From an uncultured Oscillospiraceae bacterium (GTDB taxonomy: Bacteria > Bacillota > Clostridia > Oscillospirales > Oscillospiraceae): a stretch of 64,000 nucleotides of DNA. Positions 57,068-64,000 of the stretch are shown here, piece after piece. Numbering within the stretch: the first letter of the stretch is position 1; each line of letters begins with the position of its first letter. The notes under the pieces are model-generated. The model searched no databases. It was not told where the DNA came from and saw only the letters and a list, made by a program, of their open reading frames with translations. The position numbers and the translations under genes were made by a program. Where the stretch lies: NCBI GenBank assembly GCA_949841355.1, contig CATKZP010000001.1:173682-237681 (forward strand), read 5' to 3'.

Positions 57068-57639
57068 ACCTCTCCCACCTCCTGCTCACGGCGGTTCCAC
57101 ATATCCCGAACCTGCCCCGTTTCCTGCGCAGTGCCGGGATCAATTCCGGCAAGGCACTCAGCACACCAGCAGCGCCACCGCTCGCCTGCCGGGCTGCCAT
57201 ACCTTTCGTAGAATATGCTGGTTCCCCCGCAGAATGGGCAAGGCTTCAACCTCATGTTCTCGTTGCCCGGAGCAGGCTCGAACAACTCTATGGAATCGTC
57301 ACCTGCCCCTCCCACAAAGAATCGTTGCGTTGTAGGAATCCGCGCCGCTTTGTCATCCCAATACTCCGAAGCACCGACCTTCCGGGGGCGGGTTCCGAAT
57401 TCCTCAATCCAGTCCGGGAGGCTCTCGTTCACGGCATCGAAGGTCAGGCCCCAGCCCTCACAGGCGGCGATGGCGTCCAGAAGAAGCTGGTCCTCCCGGC
57501 AGGTCCAGAGGATCAGGCCCGCCCCGGCCCGTTGCTCTGCCTGGGCTCGCCTGATAACGGGCCAGTTCGGTTCCCCAATCTCCGGGTAGGCGTTGGTGCA
57601 GAGGCACCCGTCAAAGTCGATTGCGATTGCTTTTCTCAT
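57064..57639 (-). CDS. HAD-family phosphatase domain fused to a Lar-like restriction-alleviation zinc domain
   Basis: IAIDFDGCL..LILWTCR..YWDDKA; LKPCPFCGG..WCAEC..WNRR. Confidence 0.75.
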   Translation of the reverse strand: MRKAIAIDFDGCLCTNAYPEIGEPNWPVIRRAQAEQRAGAGLILWTCREDQLLLDAIAACEGWGLTFDAVNESLPDWIEEFGTRPRKVGASEYWDDKAARIPTTQRFFVGGAGDDSIELFEPAPGNENMRLKPCPFCGGTSIFYERYGSPAGERWRCWCAECLAGIDPGTAQETGQVRDMWNRREQEVGEV

Positions 57640-57827
57640 TCGTTCGCTGCCCCTGCCTTCTTCAGATACTCCTTGGTGGTCATTTTCGTGATGGTGAGCT
57701 GGAGGACATTGGGGTCGTCAATCAGCCGGTGAACTTCCTCCATGCTCATCGAGTACCCGGTGCCAGTGTACTCCAGGACAACTTTTCCCATGCCCTGCTT
57801 GTACTTCACCTTGTATGTATCGCTCAT
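57636..57827 (-). CDS. Hypothetical protein (63 aa)
   Basis: Coupled ORF. Confidence 0.55.
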   Translation of the reverse strand: MSDTYKVKYKQGMGKVVLEYTGTGYSMSMEEVHRLIDDPNVLQLTITKMTTKEYLKKAGAANE

Positions 57828-58060
57828 TACGTTGCAGTCCTCCCTTTGTAGTAGATTCGCTTTGCCTCGTGGATGTGGGTGCAGTGCTTGTCTGGAATAT
57901 AGAGTTCCACGGAGATCCGCCGTCCCTGTCGGAACACCCTTCTGACCTCATCAGCCAGGACTGGCCCCATGGTCTCCCCGTTGTCATCCAGCGTCTGGAA
58001 TCTGAACCGCTCGCCAACGTAGCCGGTGAAGTTCGCCGCCTGAAAACTCGTAATTTTCAT
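57827..58060 (-). CDS. Hypothetical protein
   Basis: MKITSFQAANF...; coupled ORF, start uncertain. Confidence 0.5.
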   Translation of the reverse strand: MKITSFQAANFTGYVGERFRFQTLDDNGETMGPVLADEVRRVFRQGRRISVELYIPDKHCTHIHEAKRIYYKGRTAT

Positions 58061-58064
58061 GGCA

Positions 58065-58331
58065 TCAGGAAAACGGTCTGGGCGGGTGGCTCTTGATATA
58101 CTCCAGGGACGAGCCGACATCTTCCTTACATCCTCCCCTCAGCTTCAGCAACAGGGAGGCCAGAACCCCACGGGGGTGTGGCTCCTCATTTCCGGTGGAG
58201 CGGATCATAACAGGGTGGGCCGCTATCTCCTCCAGGACCAGCAGCCGGTGTTCCAGCGCCCGGACTCTTCCGTCCATGTAGGTGACTTTGGCCTCCATCT
58301 TCCGCAGGCGCTTCTCCCGGCGGGCGCTCAC
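58065..58331 (-). CDS. Hypothetical coiled-coil protein
   Basis: GTG start overlapping the upstream stop. Confidence 0.45.
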   Translation of the reverse strand: MSARREKRLRKMEAKVTYMDGRVRALEHRLLVLEEIAAHPVMIRSTGNEEPHPRGVLASLLLKLRGGCKEDVGSSLEYIKSHPPRPFS

Positions 58332-58837
58332 TTCTTCACCCCGGACACGCCCGTCTGCAGGAGGAATCCGAGCAGCATCCAGACCTTGCCCTTGATGCGC
58401 TCCAGGCAAATCTCTTTGCCCATCTCCTCGCTGTAGTTCTCAGGGCTGACGCAGGAGGACGCCTCCACGATCTCAAAGCCGTTCACCAGGACGACCCGGA
58501 CGACGGTGGTTTTCTCCCCCAGGGTGGTGACGTGAACCTCCGCGATGAAGTCGTCCACCATCTTCTGGCTGATGCTGGGCTGGTCGGGCTTCAGATCCGT
58601 GTTCACCTCGATGGGGAGGTAGGCCCGCTCGAAGACCTCCTTGGGCGACCAGCTCTCGTAGCCGTCGGCGTAGCGGACGGCGTAGCCCTCCCGCGTGGAG
58701 CTGGCCAGATCGGGAATGCGGGCATTCTCCTCAGCCCACTCCTCGCTGGCCTTCTTCAGAAAGTGGCCGCCCTCCTTCAGCTCATAGAGGGTGGCGGGCT
58801 CCGCCTCGACGATTTTGGTTCCGATGTACTGTTTCAT
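58328..58837 (-). CDS. Two-domain protein: YIGTK N-terminal domain + N4 gp49/Sf6 gp66-like domain
   Basis: MKQYIGTKIVEAEP..GYAVRYADGYESWSPKEVFERAY; KTTVVRVVLVNGFEIVEASSCVSPENYSEEMGKEIC..WMLLGFLLQ. Confidence 0.75.
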   Translation of the reverse strand: MKQYIGTKIVEAEPATLYELKEGGHFLKKASEEWAEENARIPDLASSTREGYAVRYADGYESWSPKEVFERAYLPIEVNTDLKPDQPSISQKMVDDFIAEVHVTTLGEKTTVVRVVLVNGFEIVEASSCVSPENYSEEMGKEICLERIKGKVWMLLGFLLQTGVSGVKK

Positions 58838-58949
58838 GTTTTTTCTTTCCTTTCATCGTTTATTCAAAAGCCCCCGAAGGAGACCCTTGTACTTGGTGGC
58901 CCGGTTCTTCAGGATATAGAGCACCTGGGCAATGTACGGGTGCCTCTGC

Positions 58950-59267
58950 TTATACATGGCCGTTGCCTCTCTGACAGTCCGGGCAATAGTCCTCCCACTT
59001 GTCCCCGTTCTTCCTGCGAATCCATCCCGCCCGCTCGGTCTTCTCATCAATGGCATCCCAGTCGAGCGAATAGATGGTTTTCCCGCAACCGTCACACACC
59101 CGGCTGGCCGGACTTTTCCGCTCCAGCGAGGACATAAAGAATGCGGCAAACAATACTATCCACCAATGGTTAAAATGGATCGCAAGCGCAGCGAAGCACA
59201 GCATCACAACGCTATTCTTGACGGCCCACGCAGTCCATGCGCTTTTACTCATGTTCAGCCCCCTCAC
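58950..59267 (-). CDS. Hypothetical membrane-anchored zinc-finger protein
   Basis: Two hydrophobic segments, CDGC and CPDC. Confidence 0.55.
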   Translation of the reverse strand: MRGLNMSKSAWTAWAVKNSVVMLCFAALAIHFNHWWIVLFAAFFMSSLERKSPASRVCDGCGKTIYSLDWDAIDEKTERAGWIRRKNGDKWEDYCPDCQRGNGHV

Positions 59268-59563
59268 TTCTCCGGCATCCGATAGACCTTCGGGCGTGCA
59301 AAAGCAAATGCGGCTTTGTGGGCACTACCTTCGGTTCTGAAATACATTCCGTATTCCTGGACGATTTCCTCCAGCACCTCCATGGCCCTGGCCTCGCTCT
59401 CGTACTCCCCCAGGCTCTCGGTGACATCCTCGGCCAGAGGGAAGGAGGCCAGCACCTTGACAGGCTTCCCCTCCTCGTGACCTCCATAGAGGGACGAAAG
59501 GAAAACGGTTCCAGCCCTCTCCATGTTGAGCAGGCATTTCCTGTTTTGGCTTACAATCAGCAT
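59264..59563 (-). CDS. Hypothetical protein
   Basis: MLIVSQ...LGEYESEARAMEVLEEI motif common in Firmicute phage early genes. Confidence 0.6.
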   Translation of the reverse strand: MLIVSQNRKCLLNMERAGTVFLSSLYGGHEEGKPVKVLASFPLAEDVTESLGEYESEARAMEVLEEIVQEYGMYFRTEGSAHKAAFAFARPKVYRMPEK

Positions 59564-60009
59564 AGTATTTCCCCCTTCAGATTCAGCTCCCAAAGTCCCT
59601 GCATCCCCTTTGCCGGTATCGGCGAATTAACGGGTACTCTCCCGTGAAACTCCCAGGCGTACCGACCCAGGGTGAAATCGCCCAGGGCGAGCTCCATGGG
59701 CGTGAGCTTCGCCACGAAGTCCTCTGTGATGAGGTGGCAGCGGGTCAGGAGGGCCGTTCCCACGATAGCCCCGGTAGGCAGGTGGTCCAGTTCCCCGGGC
59801 CGCGGGAACAGGCTATCGAAATAGTCCAGTGTGGTCCACCCGTCCCCGCGGTCAGCGACCAGCACGTCGATAGTCTGACGCACCGGCCGCTTAGCCGCAT
59901 GGATAGCGATGGGCCCGCGATAGGAAGTGGCCCAGCTGCGGGTTTCATACTTCTTCCTGCCAGACACCAGTAGGGAGGCCCAGGGCTGCCAGATAGTGAG
60001 TGCTTTCAT
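59557..60009 (-). CDS. ASCH domain protein
   Basis: MKALTIWQPWASLLVSGRKKYETRSW..GPIAIHA, PAKGMQGLW. Confidence 0.9.
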   Translation of the reverse strand: MKALTIWQPWASLLVSGRKKYETRSWATSYRGPIAIHAAKRPVRQTIDVLVADRGDGWTTLDYFDSLFPRPGELDHLPTGAIVGTALLTRCHLITEDFVAKLTPMELALGDFTLGRYAWEFHGRVPVNSPIPAKGMQGLWELNLKGEILC

Positions 60010-60113
60010 TTTCTGCCTCTTTTCTTATTTATCTGCTTTCCAATAGCAGGAAGAACCCATCCCGCAGTTACAAACCCCGCCACATAGCCGATAAACAACC
60101 AGTCAATTGTCAT
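60006..60113 (-). CDS. Small membrane peptide (35 aa, not in ORF track)
   Basis: MTIDWLFIGYVAGFVTAGWVLPAIGKQINKKRGRK*; start and stop both overlap neighbours. Confidence 0.5.
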   Translation of the reverse strand: MTIDWLFIGYVAGFVTAGWVLPAIGKQINKKRGRK

Positions 60114-60481
60114 TACGTCTCCTCCCCTCCCTCCAAAATCTTTTTTACTTCCCGGAGCTGGTCGAGGGAGTAGCGTTTGACCTTCAGCCAGCTTGTGGCC
60201 TCCTGCGCCCAGTCCTGCAGGTCGATCAGTTCCTTGTGCTCGGCCACGGCCCCGGTTGTCGAGAACAGGAGGCGCTTCGCTCCGTAGTCCCTGTCCTCGA
60301 CCAAGTGAGTGGTGCTGTTGGCTGGCTCATAGAACCGGGCCTCCCGCCCCATGTCTCTGACGGTGACATACCGCCTGCCGACCTTGGTGACCTCGACCTC
60401 TGTTGCGGTGCCAAAAGCGCCCTGGTACCTGTCCTCGAGTATGTAGGCAGTCTGGCCGACTTTGAAATCCTTAATTGTCAT
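60113..60481 (-). CDS. Hypothetical beta-barrel-fold protein
   Basis: FKVGQTAY..VTKVGRRYVTV. Confidence 0.6.
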   Translation of the reverse strand: MTIKDFKVGQTAYILEDRYQGAFGTATEVEVTKVGRRYVTVRDMGREARFYEPANSTTHLVEDRDYGAKRLLFSTTGAVAEHKELIDLQDWAQEATSWLKVKRYSLDQLREVKKILEGGEET

Positions 60482-60636
60482 GGCCGCAAATATCTCCTTG
60501 AACTGTTTTGTCTCTTTCCTCTGGCGGCCCCCACAGGCGTCCTGTGTTGGCTTTTGCGGCTGGGGTGGGGCCACTTCCTCAGCCGCATCACCTGGGCCGT
60601 CAGTGCCGCCAACAGCCCCGCCAGCGTGGCGATTTA

Positions 60637-61047
60637 TCAGGTGTCCTTCACCCAATGCGCCCGGATCAGCTTAGGTGGCTTCACGGGCACGGTTGTGTAC
60701 TCGATGGTGACAATGCGCTGATAGTGGATGATCCCACCGCACCTCATACACTCCGTCGTATCCTCATCGCTGCGCTCAAAGGAATCCCGGTCAATGTTCC
60801 CGCAGTAGGGGCAGATAATATTCGCCTCAAGCTCCCTCAACTCCGGGGAGGTGTTCAGTTTGGTGGCGAGAGGGCGAACGCCAGCATACCCTTCCTTGGG
60901 GTTCAGGACGCCAACCTCGAACTGCTGGCCAGCGACATCCAGCACTCTCCCGATTTGGGGGGCGGCATCTACAGTGCCGATGAGAGGATACTCCGTTTTA
61001 TTAAACCCCAGCTTGGGCCAGTTAGTAATATCGTATAACGTGGTCAT
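60637..61047 (-). CDS. Hypothetical zinc-ribbon protein
   Basis: CPYCG and CMRCG. Confidence 0.6.
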   Translation of the reverse strand: MTTLYDITNWPKLGFNKTEYPLIGTVDAAPQIGRVLDVAGQQFEVGVLNPKEGYAGVRPLATKLNTSPELRELEANIICPYCGNIDRDSFERSDEDTTECMRCGGIIHYQRIVTIEYTTVPVKPPKLIRAHWVKDT

Positions 61048-61466
61048 TTTTTCTCATCCTCCAGCTTGTAGCGATATGCCAGCCACGTCTTGCCGCAGTT
61101 CTCAAACACCGCCATTTCGCCGTGAGCCTCTCGGCAAAGCTCATATTCTGCGTCAACCAGCATCCACGCACCACCGCCCCCATCCATTTTGGTGATCCAC
61201 ACCGGCGTCCCGTCCATCTTCGGCAGATCATCAGGGGTCAGCGGTTTGTTCTCTTCCATCCGCAGCAGTTCCGCCATCTTCGCCCGGCGATCCATCCTGC
61301 ACAACCCCATGATTTCTTCCGGCGTCAGGCCGGTGTCCTCGTAGGCGGCGAGGCGGTCAATCGCAATCGGAAGCTTTTCAAGTATTCGAGAAGGGATGGC
61401 CTTATCATAAATTGTGAGGCTCAGTCCCCAATGTCCATCATCGCATTTAACGGTCAGTCGTTCCAC
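61044..61466 (-). CDS. Hypothetical phage protein
   Basis: MERLT..RLAAYEDTGLTPEEI. Confidence 0.65.
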   Translation of the reverse strand: MERLTVKCDDGHWGLSLTIYDKAIPSRILEKLPIAIDRLAAYEDTGLTPEEIMGLCRMDRRAKMAELLRMEENKPLTPDDLPKMDGTPVWITKMDGGGGAWMLVDAEYELCREAHGEMAVFENCGKTWLAYRYKLEDEKK

Positions 61467-61469
61467 GCT

Positions 61470-61976
61470 TTATCCCTCCTTTTCCTTCAACGCCGCTTCT
61501 CTTGTGGTAAATACGGTTTTGCCTACTTCGCAAAATTTTACCGGGAACACTCGCCCGTTCTTAAACTGGATATGCAGGAATGGCTCTTTGCTTAAACCGA
61601 TAAAAACGACCTCGCATGGATACGGCTTGTCTTTCTCCCGCAGATAGTCTCCGCGCTGGGCGAAATTAGCGTACACCGTTCCGCCCAGCCCACACGGCAG
61701 AATCACCAGCCTGTCTTGGACCTTCGCCTGCAAAATGGGCAGCGCCTCTTTTTTGAGTTCCTGATTGCTTGCCTGCAACGCTATGACTTCCTCCGGCTCC
61801 AGCCCGGTGTCCTCATAGGCAGCGAGGCGTTCCCATGCGGCCTCTTCCCATGCACACCCATCAGCGCAAAGCCCTTGTATGGCTTGGCAGTCTCCACCTT
61901 CGAAATGGGTGCAACACACACCCGGCATCCCGCTGATCCTCGGCTCTCTGCTTGTCAACCGTTCCATTCCGCCCAC
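61470..61976 (-). CDS. Hypothetical phage protein
   Basis: MERLT..RLAAYEDTGLEPEEV..GKTVFTTREAA. Confidence 0.65.
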   Translation of the reverse strand: MGGMERLTSREPRISGMPGVCCTHFEGGDCQAIQGLCADGCAWEEAAWERLAAYEDTGLEPEEVIALQASNQELKKEALPILQAKVQDRLVILPCGLGGTVYANFAQRGDYLREKDKPYPCEVVFIGLSKEPFLHIQFKNGRVFPVKFCEVGKTVFTTREAALKEKEG

Positions 61977-62182
61977 CCTTTCTTCTCGGCCAGCTGGTCA
62001 AGGTCAGTCTGGGCTTCCTCACGGCTTCCGCGCCACGGGACGGCGGCCACACCCTTCCAGCCGACATCACCCTGTTTCTCCGGCCGCTGGTACCGGGCCT
62101 TAAAGGTGTTCTCACCAAGGCCAGGCATGACCTGGTACTTCCAACCGCGGCTGTCGATGTATTTCTTAGGCATTCTGGGCAA
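61955..62182 (-). CDS. Hypothetical protein (75 aa)
   Basis: RBS GGAGG; coupled ORF. Confidence 0.6.
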   Translation of the reverse strand: MPRMPKKYIDSRGWKYQVMPGLGENTFKARYQRPEKQGDVGWKGVAAVPWRGSREEAQTDLDQLAEKKGWAEWNG

Positions 62183-62197
62183 CCTCCTCGCCTTTCT

Positions 62198-62743
62198 TCA
62201 GTTCTGATATTCTCTGGCTTCCGGTACCCATTGAAGCCGAATCATCTCTTTGCACTTGCACTGAACTTCAACCACTGGTTCCTCGCTGTTGGTCTTGCCC
62301 CAGCTCTCATGCTGGCAGTACGGACAGGTGGCGTGGTACCGGCCAAGCTGGCCCGTGAGGTCGATGTGGTGGCCGCATTTGCACTCTATCTCGGTCTGGT
62401 ACTCCCGCAGGAATGTCCCGAAGGTGTTCCCGCACTCCGGGCAGTGGAGGCGAAGCAGTCCCCGCGCCCCTTCCGGCTTTTTCTCCGGGGGCGAGGCGGG
62501 TGCGGTCTCCGCTGCCAGCAACGGGTCGGCGGGGGGCTGGCTCTCCGGGTTCAGTCCCGCCGGCTCCGGTGCCTTGGGAGTCGGGGTGTACTCGTTCATC
62601 AGACGCTGGACAGTTCTCTTTGCTCTGGTGATTCCCTCTCTGGTGTCCGGCACTTCGACCGTTGTGTCAACAATGGTGTGGCCTCCCCGGTCAATGCAAA
62701 GGGAAAATGTGTAGGTTTGGGGCAGTTCGATTGAAAAGCTCAT
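62198..62743 (-). CDS. Hypothetical multi-zinc-ribbon protein
   Basis: CPECG, CKCG, CPYC, CKC. Confidence 0.65.
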   Translation of the reverse strand: MSFSIELPQTYTFSLCIDRGGHTIVDTTVEVPDTREGITRAKRTVQRLMNEYTPTPKAPEPAGLNPESQPPADPLLAAETAPASPPEKKPEGARGLLRLHCPECGNTFGTFLREYQTEIECKCGHHIDLTGQLGRYHATCPYCQHESWGKTNSEEPVVEVQCKCKEMIRLQWVPEAREYQN

Positions 62744-62755
62744 GATGACTCCTCC

Positions 62756-63595
62756 TTAAAAACCGTTCCAGACCTGACGTCCGCAGTATTCAAAGCACTC
62801 AGCATCGGCGCAATCTTCCGGGGTCAGATCTGCGATCCGCTTCCGGCTCCTGGAAATGAACAGGTCAGAATCCATGGGCGGTTTCGGGTTCTTATCCCGG
62901 AGCAGATTGTCCATGCCTATTACTGCAGCATAGGTCTTTGGTTCGTGTTCTTTGATGTACTGAAAAAAATAGTTGCGGTGGAAGGGGCAGAACGCGCAGG
63001 CGCTGGCCTTCGTGTCCAGGCCCCATTCCTCCAGGATGTACTTGTAGTTGTCCGCTCGTGTCAGACCCATCTCGACCAGGGGGAAGCGGTTCACAAAGAG
63101 CCGGTTCGGATTCTCCTTGCACCGCTGCTTTTCTTCTGCACTGAAGCCCATGTGCATCTCGTGAGCCTTGACATCCTCCGGCCGGAGCCGTTGGCCCTTT
63201 CGGTACCCAAGCAGTTCCCAGCGGACGAACTTAGAAATGGCCTCGATCTTGTAGTCAATGGTGCAGTTCCGGGGCATTTTGGATTTGTGCCCGTCTTCCT
63301 TCAGCGTCCACCAAGGGACGCTGATCGTGCGGCGCTCACCGAAGTTCTCCATAAAGTCCCGGTACAGAGGCGTGTCCAAGACGTAGAAGGGTATGCCGAC
63401 CGCTTCGCAGGCCCGTCGGGTAAACTCCACCTGCTGCATCACCCAGGGCGGCTCCAGGCCGAGGTCACAGAAAATAACCGCATCGTAGATCGGAACCGCC
63501 GTGTGCAGCACCGGCTTATTCATGTCGGCGTTATCGCAGGCCATCAGCGCCAGCGCCGTGGATTGCGTACCGGCCCCGAAAGAGAGAATCTTCAT
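62756..63595 (-). CDS. PAPS-reductase-like PP-loop adenine-nucleotide alpha-hydrolase
   Basis: ILSFGAGTQST, VIFCDLGLEP, CTIDYKI, GFSAEEKQR, SACAFCPF. Confidence 0.78.
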   Translation of the reverse strand: MKILSFGAGTQSTALALMACDNADMNKPVLHTAVPIYDAVIFCDLGLEPPWVMQQVEFTRRACEAVGIPFYVLDTPLYRDFMENFGERRTISVPWWTLKEDGHKSKMPRNCTIDYKIEAISKFVRWELLGYRKGQRLRPEDVKAHEMHMGFSAEEKQRCKENPNRLFVNRFPLVEMGLTRADNYKYILEEWGLDTKASACAFCPFHRNYFFQYIKEHEPKTYAAVIGMDNLLRDKNPKPPMDSDLFISRSRKRIADLTPEDCADAECFEYCGRQVWNGF

Positions 63596-63723
63596 GGCCT
63601 TTTGTAACCCGTGCATTGTTTCGAGCCGCAAAGGGCGGCGAGCTGAATCGGCGTTCCCTTGGGCGCATTTTTGTAGTTAACGGGACAATCCTTGTTTTTG
63701 CACTCATTGCAGCAGTATTTCAC
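63592..63723 (-). CDS. Small Cys-rich protein (43 aa, not in ORF track)
   Basis: GTG start, CCNEC..C..C..C; stop overlaps the PAPS-reductase ATG. Confidence 0.5.
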   Translation of the reverse strand: MKYCCNECKNKDCPVNYKNAPKGTPIQLAALCGSKQCTGYKRP

Positions 63724-63757
63724 GACGCTTCCCTCCGGTCAGACCGCTTAGAAAAAC

Positions 63758-63982
63758 TCACAATGACCTCTCCTGTCTTTTCGTAAATCTCAGTTCGCGC
63801 TCAAACTCATGGTAATCCCGTGGCTCAATTTTCCCGCGTTCTTCCAAAAACGGACGATACAACCGCTCATCGAACATCTTCACATCCATGTACTGTGCAG
63901 TGAAAACGAAACATTTTTCGAGAGATGTGCGGTCTTTAATTGTTACTCTGCCCATCTCAATTCCGAGCATCCTCGCCACCAC
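63758..63982 (-). CDS. Hypothetical protein
   Basis: ORF near the window edge, start uncertain. Confidence 0.45.
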   Translation of the reverse strand: MVARMLGIEMGRVTIKDRTSLEKCFVFTAQYMDVKMFDERLYRPFLEERGKIEPRDYHEFERELRFTKRQERSL

Positions 63983-64000
63983 GGTTGAACCTCCGTCCCA

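Larger units (their letters stand above)
13474..64000 (-). mobile_element. Temperate prophage with contractile tail, apparently integrated at the tmRNA 3' end and extending beyond the window
   Basis: Host genes stop abruptly at tmRNA; ordered terminase-portal-capsid-sheath-tube-TMP-baseplate-fibre-lysis genes follow; integrase and second att not in window. Confidence 0.93.

Noticed and set aside
13474-64000. Second DGR target or second att copy
   Set aside because: By-eye scan found no further TR-like segment and no repeat of the tmRNA 3' end; either could lie beyond the window

Overview
The window has two parts. Bases 1-13473 are GC-rich host chromosome of a Clostridia-type Firmicute (Oscillospiraceae-like, by inference). 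They carry an LTA-synthase/sulfatase, a lipid kinase, azlCD, the str locus (L7Ae-rpsL-rpsG-fusA-tuf), a MATE pump, DUF1934, murI, smpB, a cyclophilin and tmRNA. From the 3' end of tmRNA to the window edge (13474-64000, continuing beyond it) lies a temperate contractile-tailed prophage read mostly on the minus strand. Its modules are early/accessory genes, two DNA methyltransferases, an amidoligase-GGCT module, terminase, an HK97-type head, sheath/tube/tape measure/baseplate/PAAR, tail fibre genes and a lysis cassette. The clearest system is a complete diversity-generating retroelement: a 128-bp template repeat (22973-23100) and a variable repeat (24054-24181) differ at 16 positions, all TR adenines on the coding strand. 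RT, an Avd-like gene, downstream hairpins and an unusual ribbon-helix-helix gene heading the avd-TR-RT unit complete it. Less explained, and possibly undescribed, is a dispersed regulon. Five copies of an inverted repeat (CTACACAA-N16-TTGTGTAG) sit 17-19 bp upstream of six near-identical promoter-like elements that drive small unknown proteins (one 29% acidic) at the prophage left end and the amidoligase module 35 kb away. A short open frame running out of the tmRNA 3' end into a terminator may be the severed C-terminus of an integrase. No integrase or second att site is visible in the window. Family names are recognised from motifs by eye, not from database searches.
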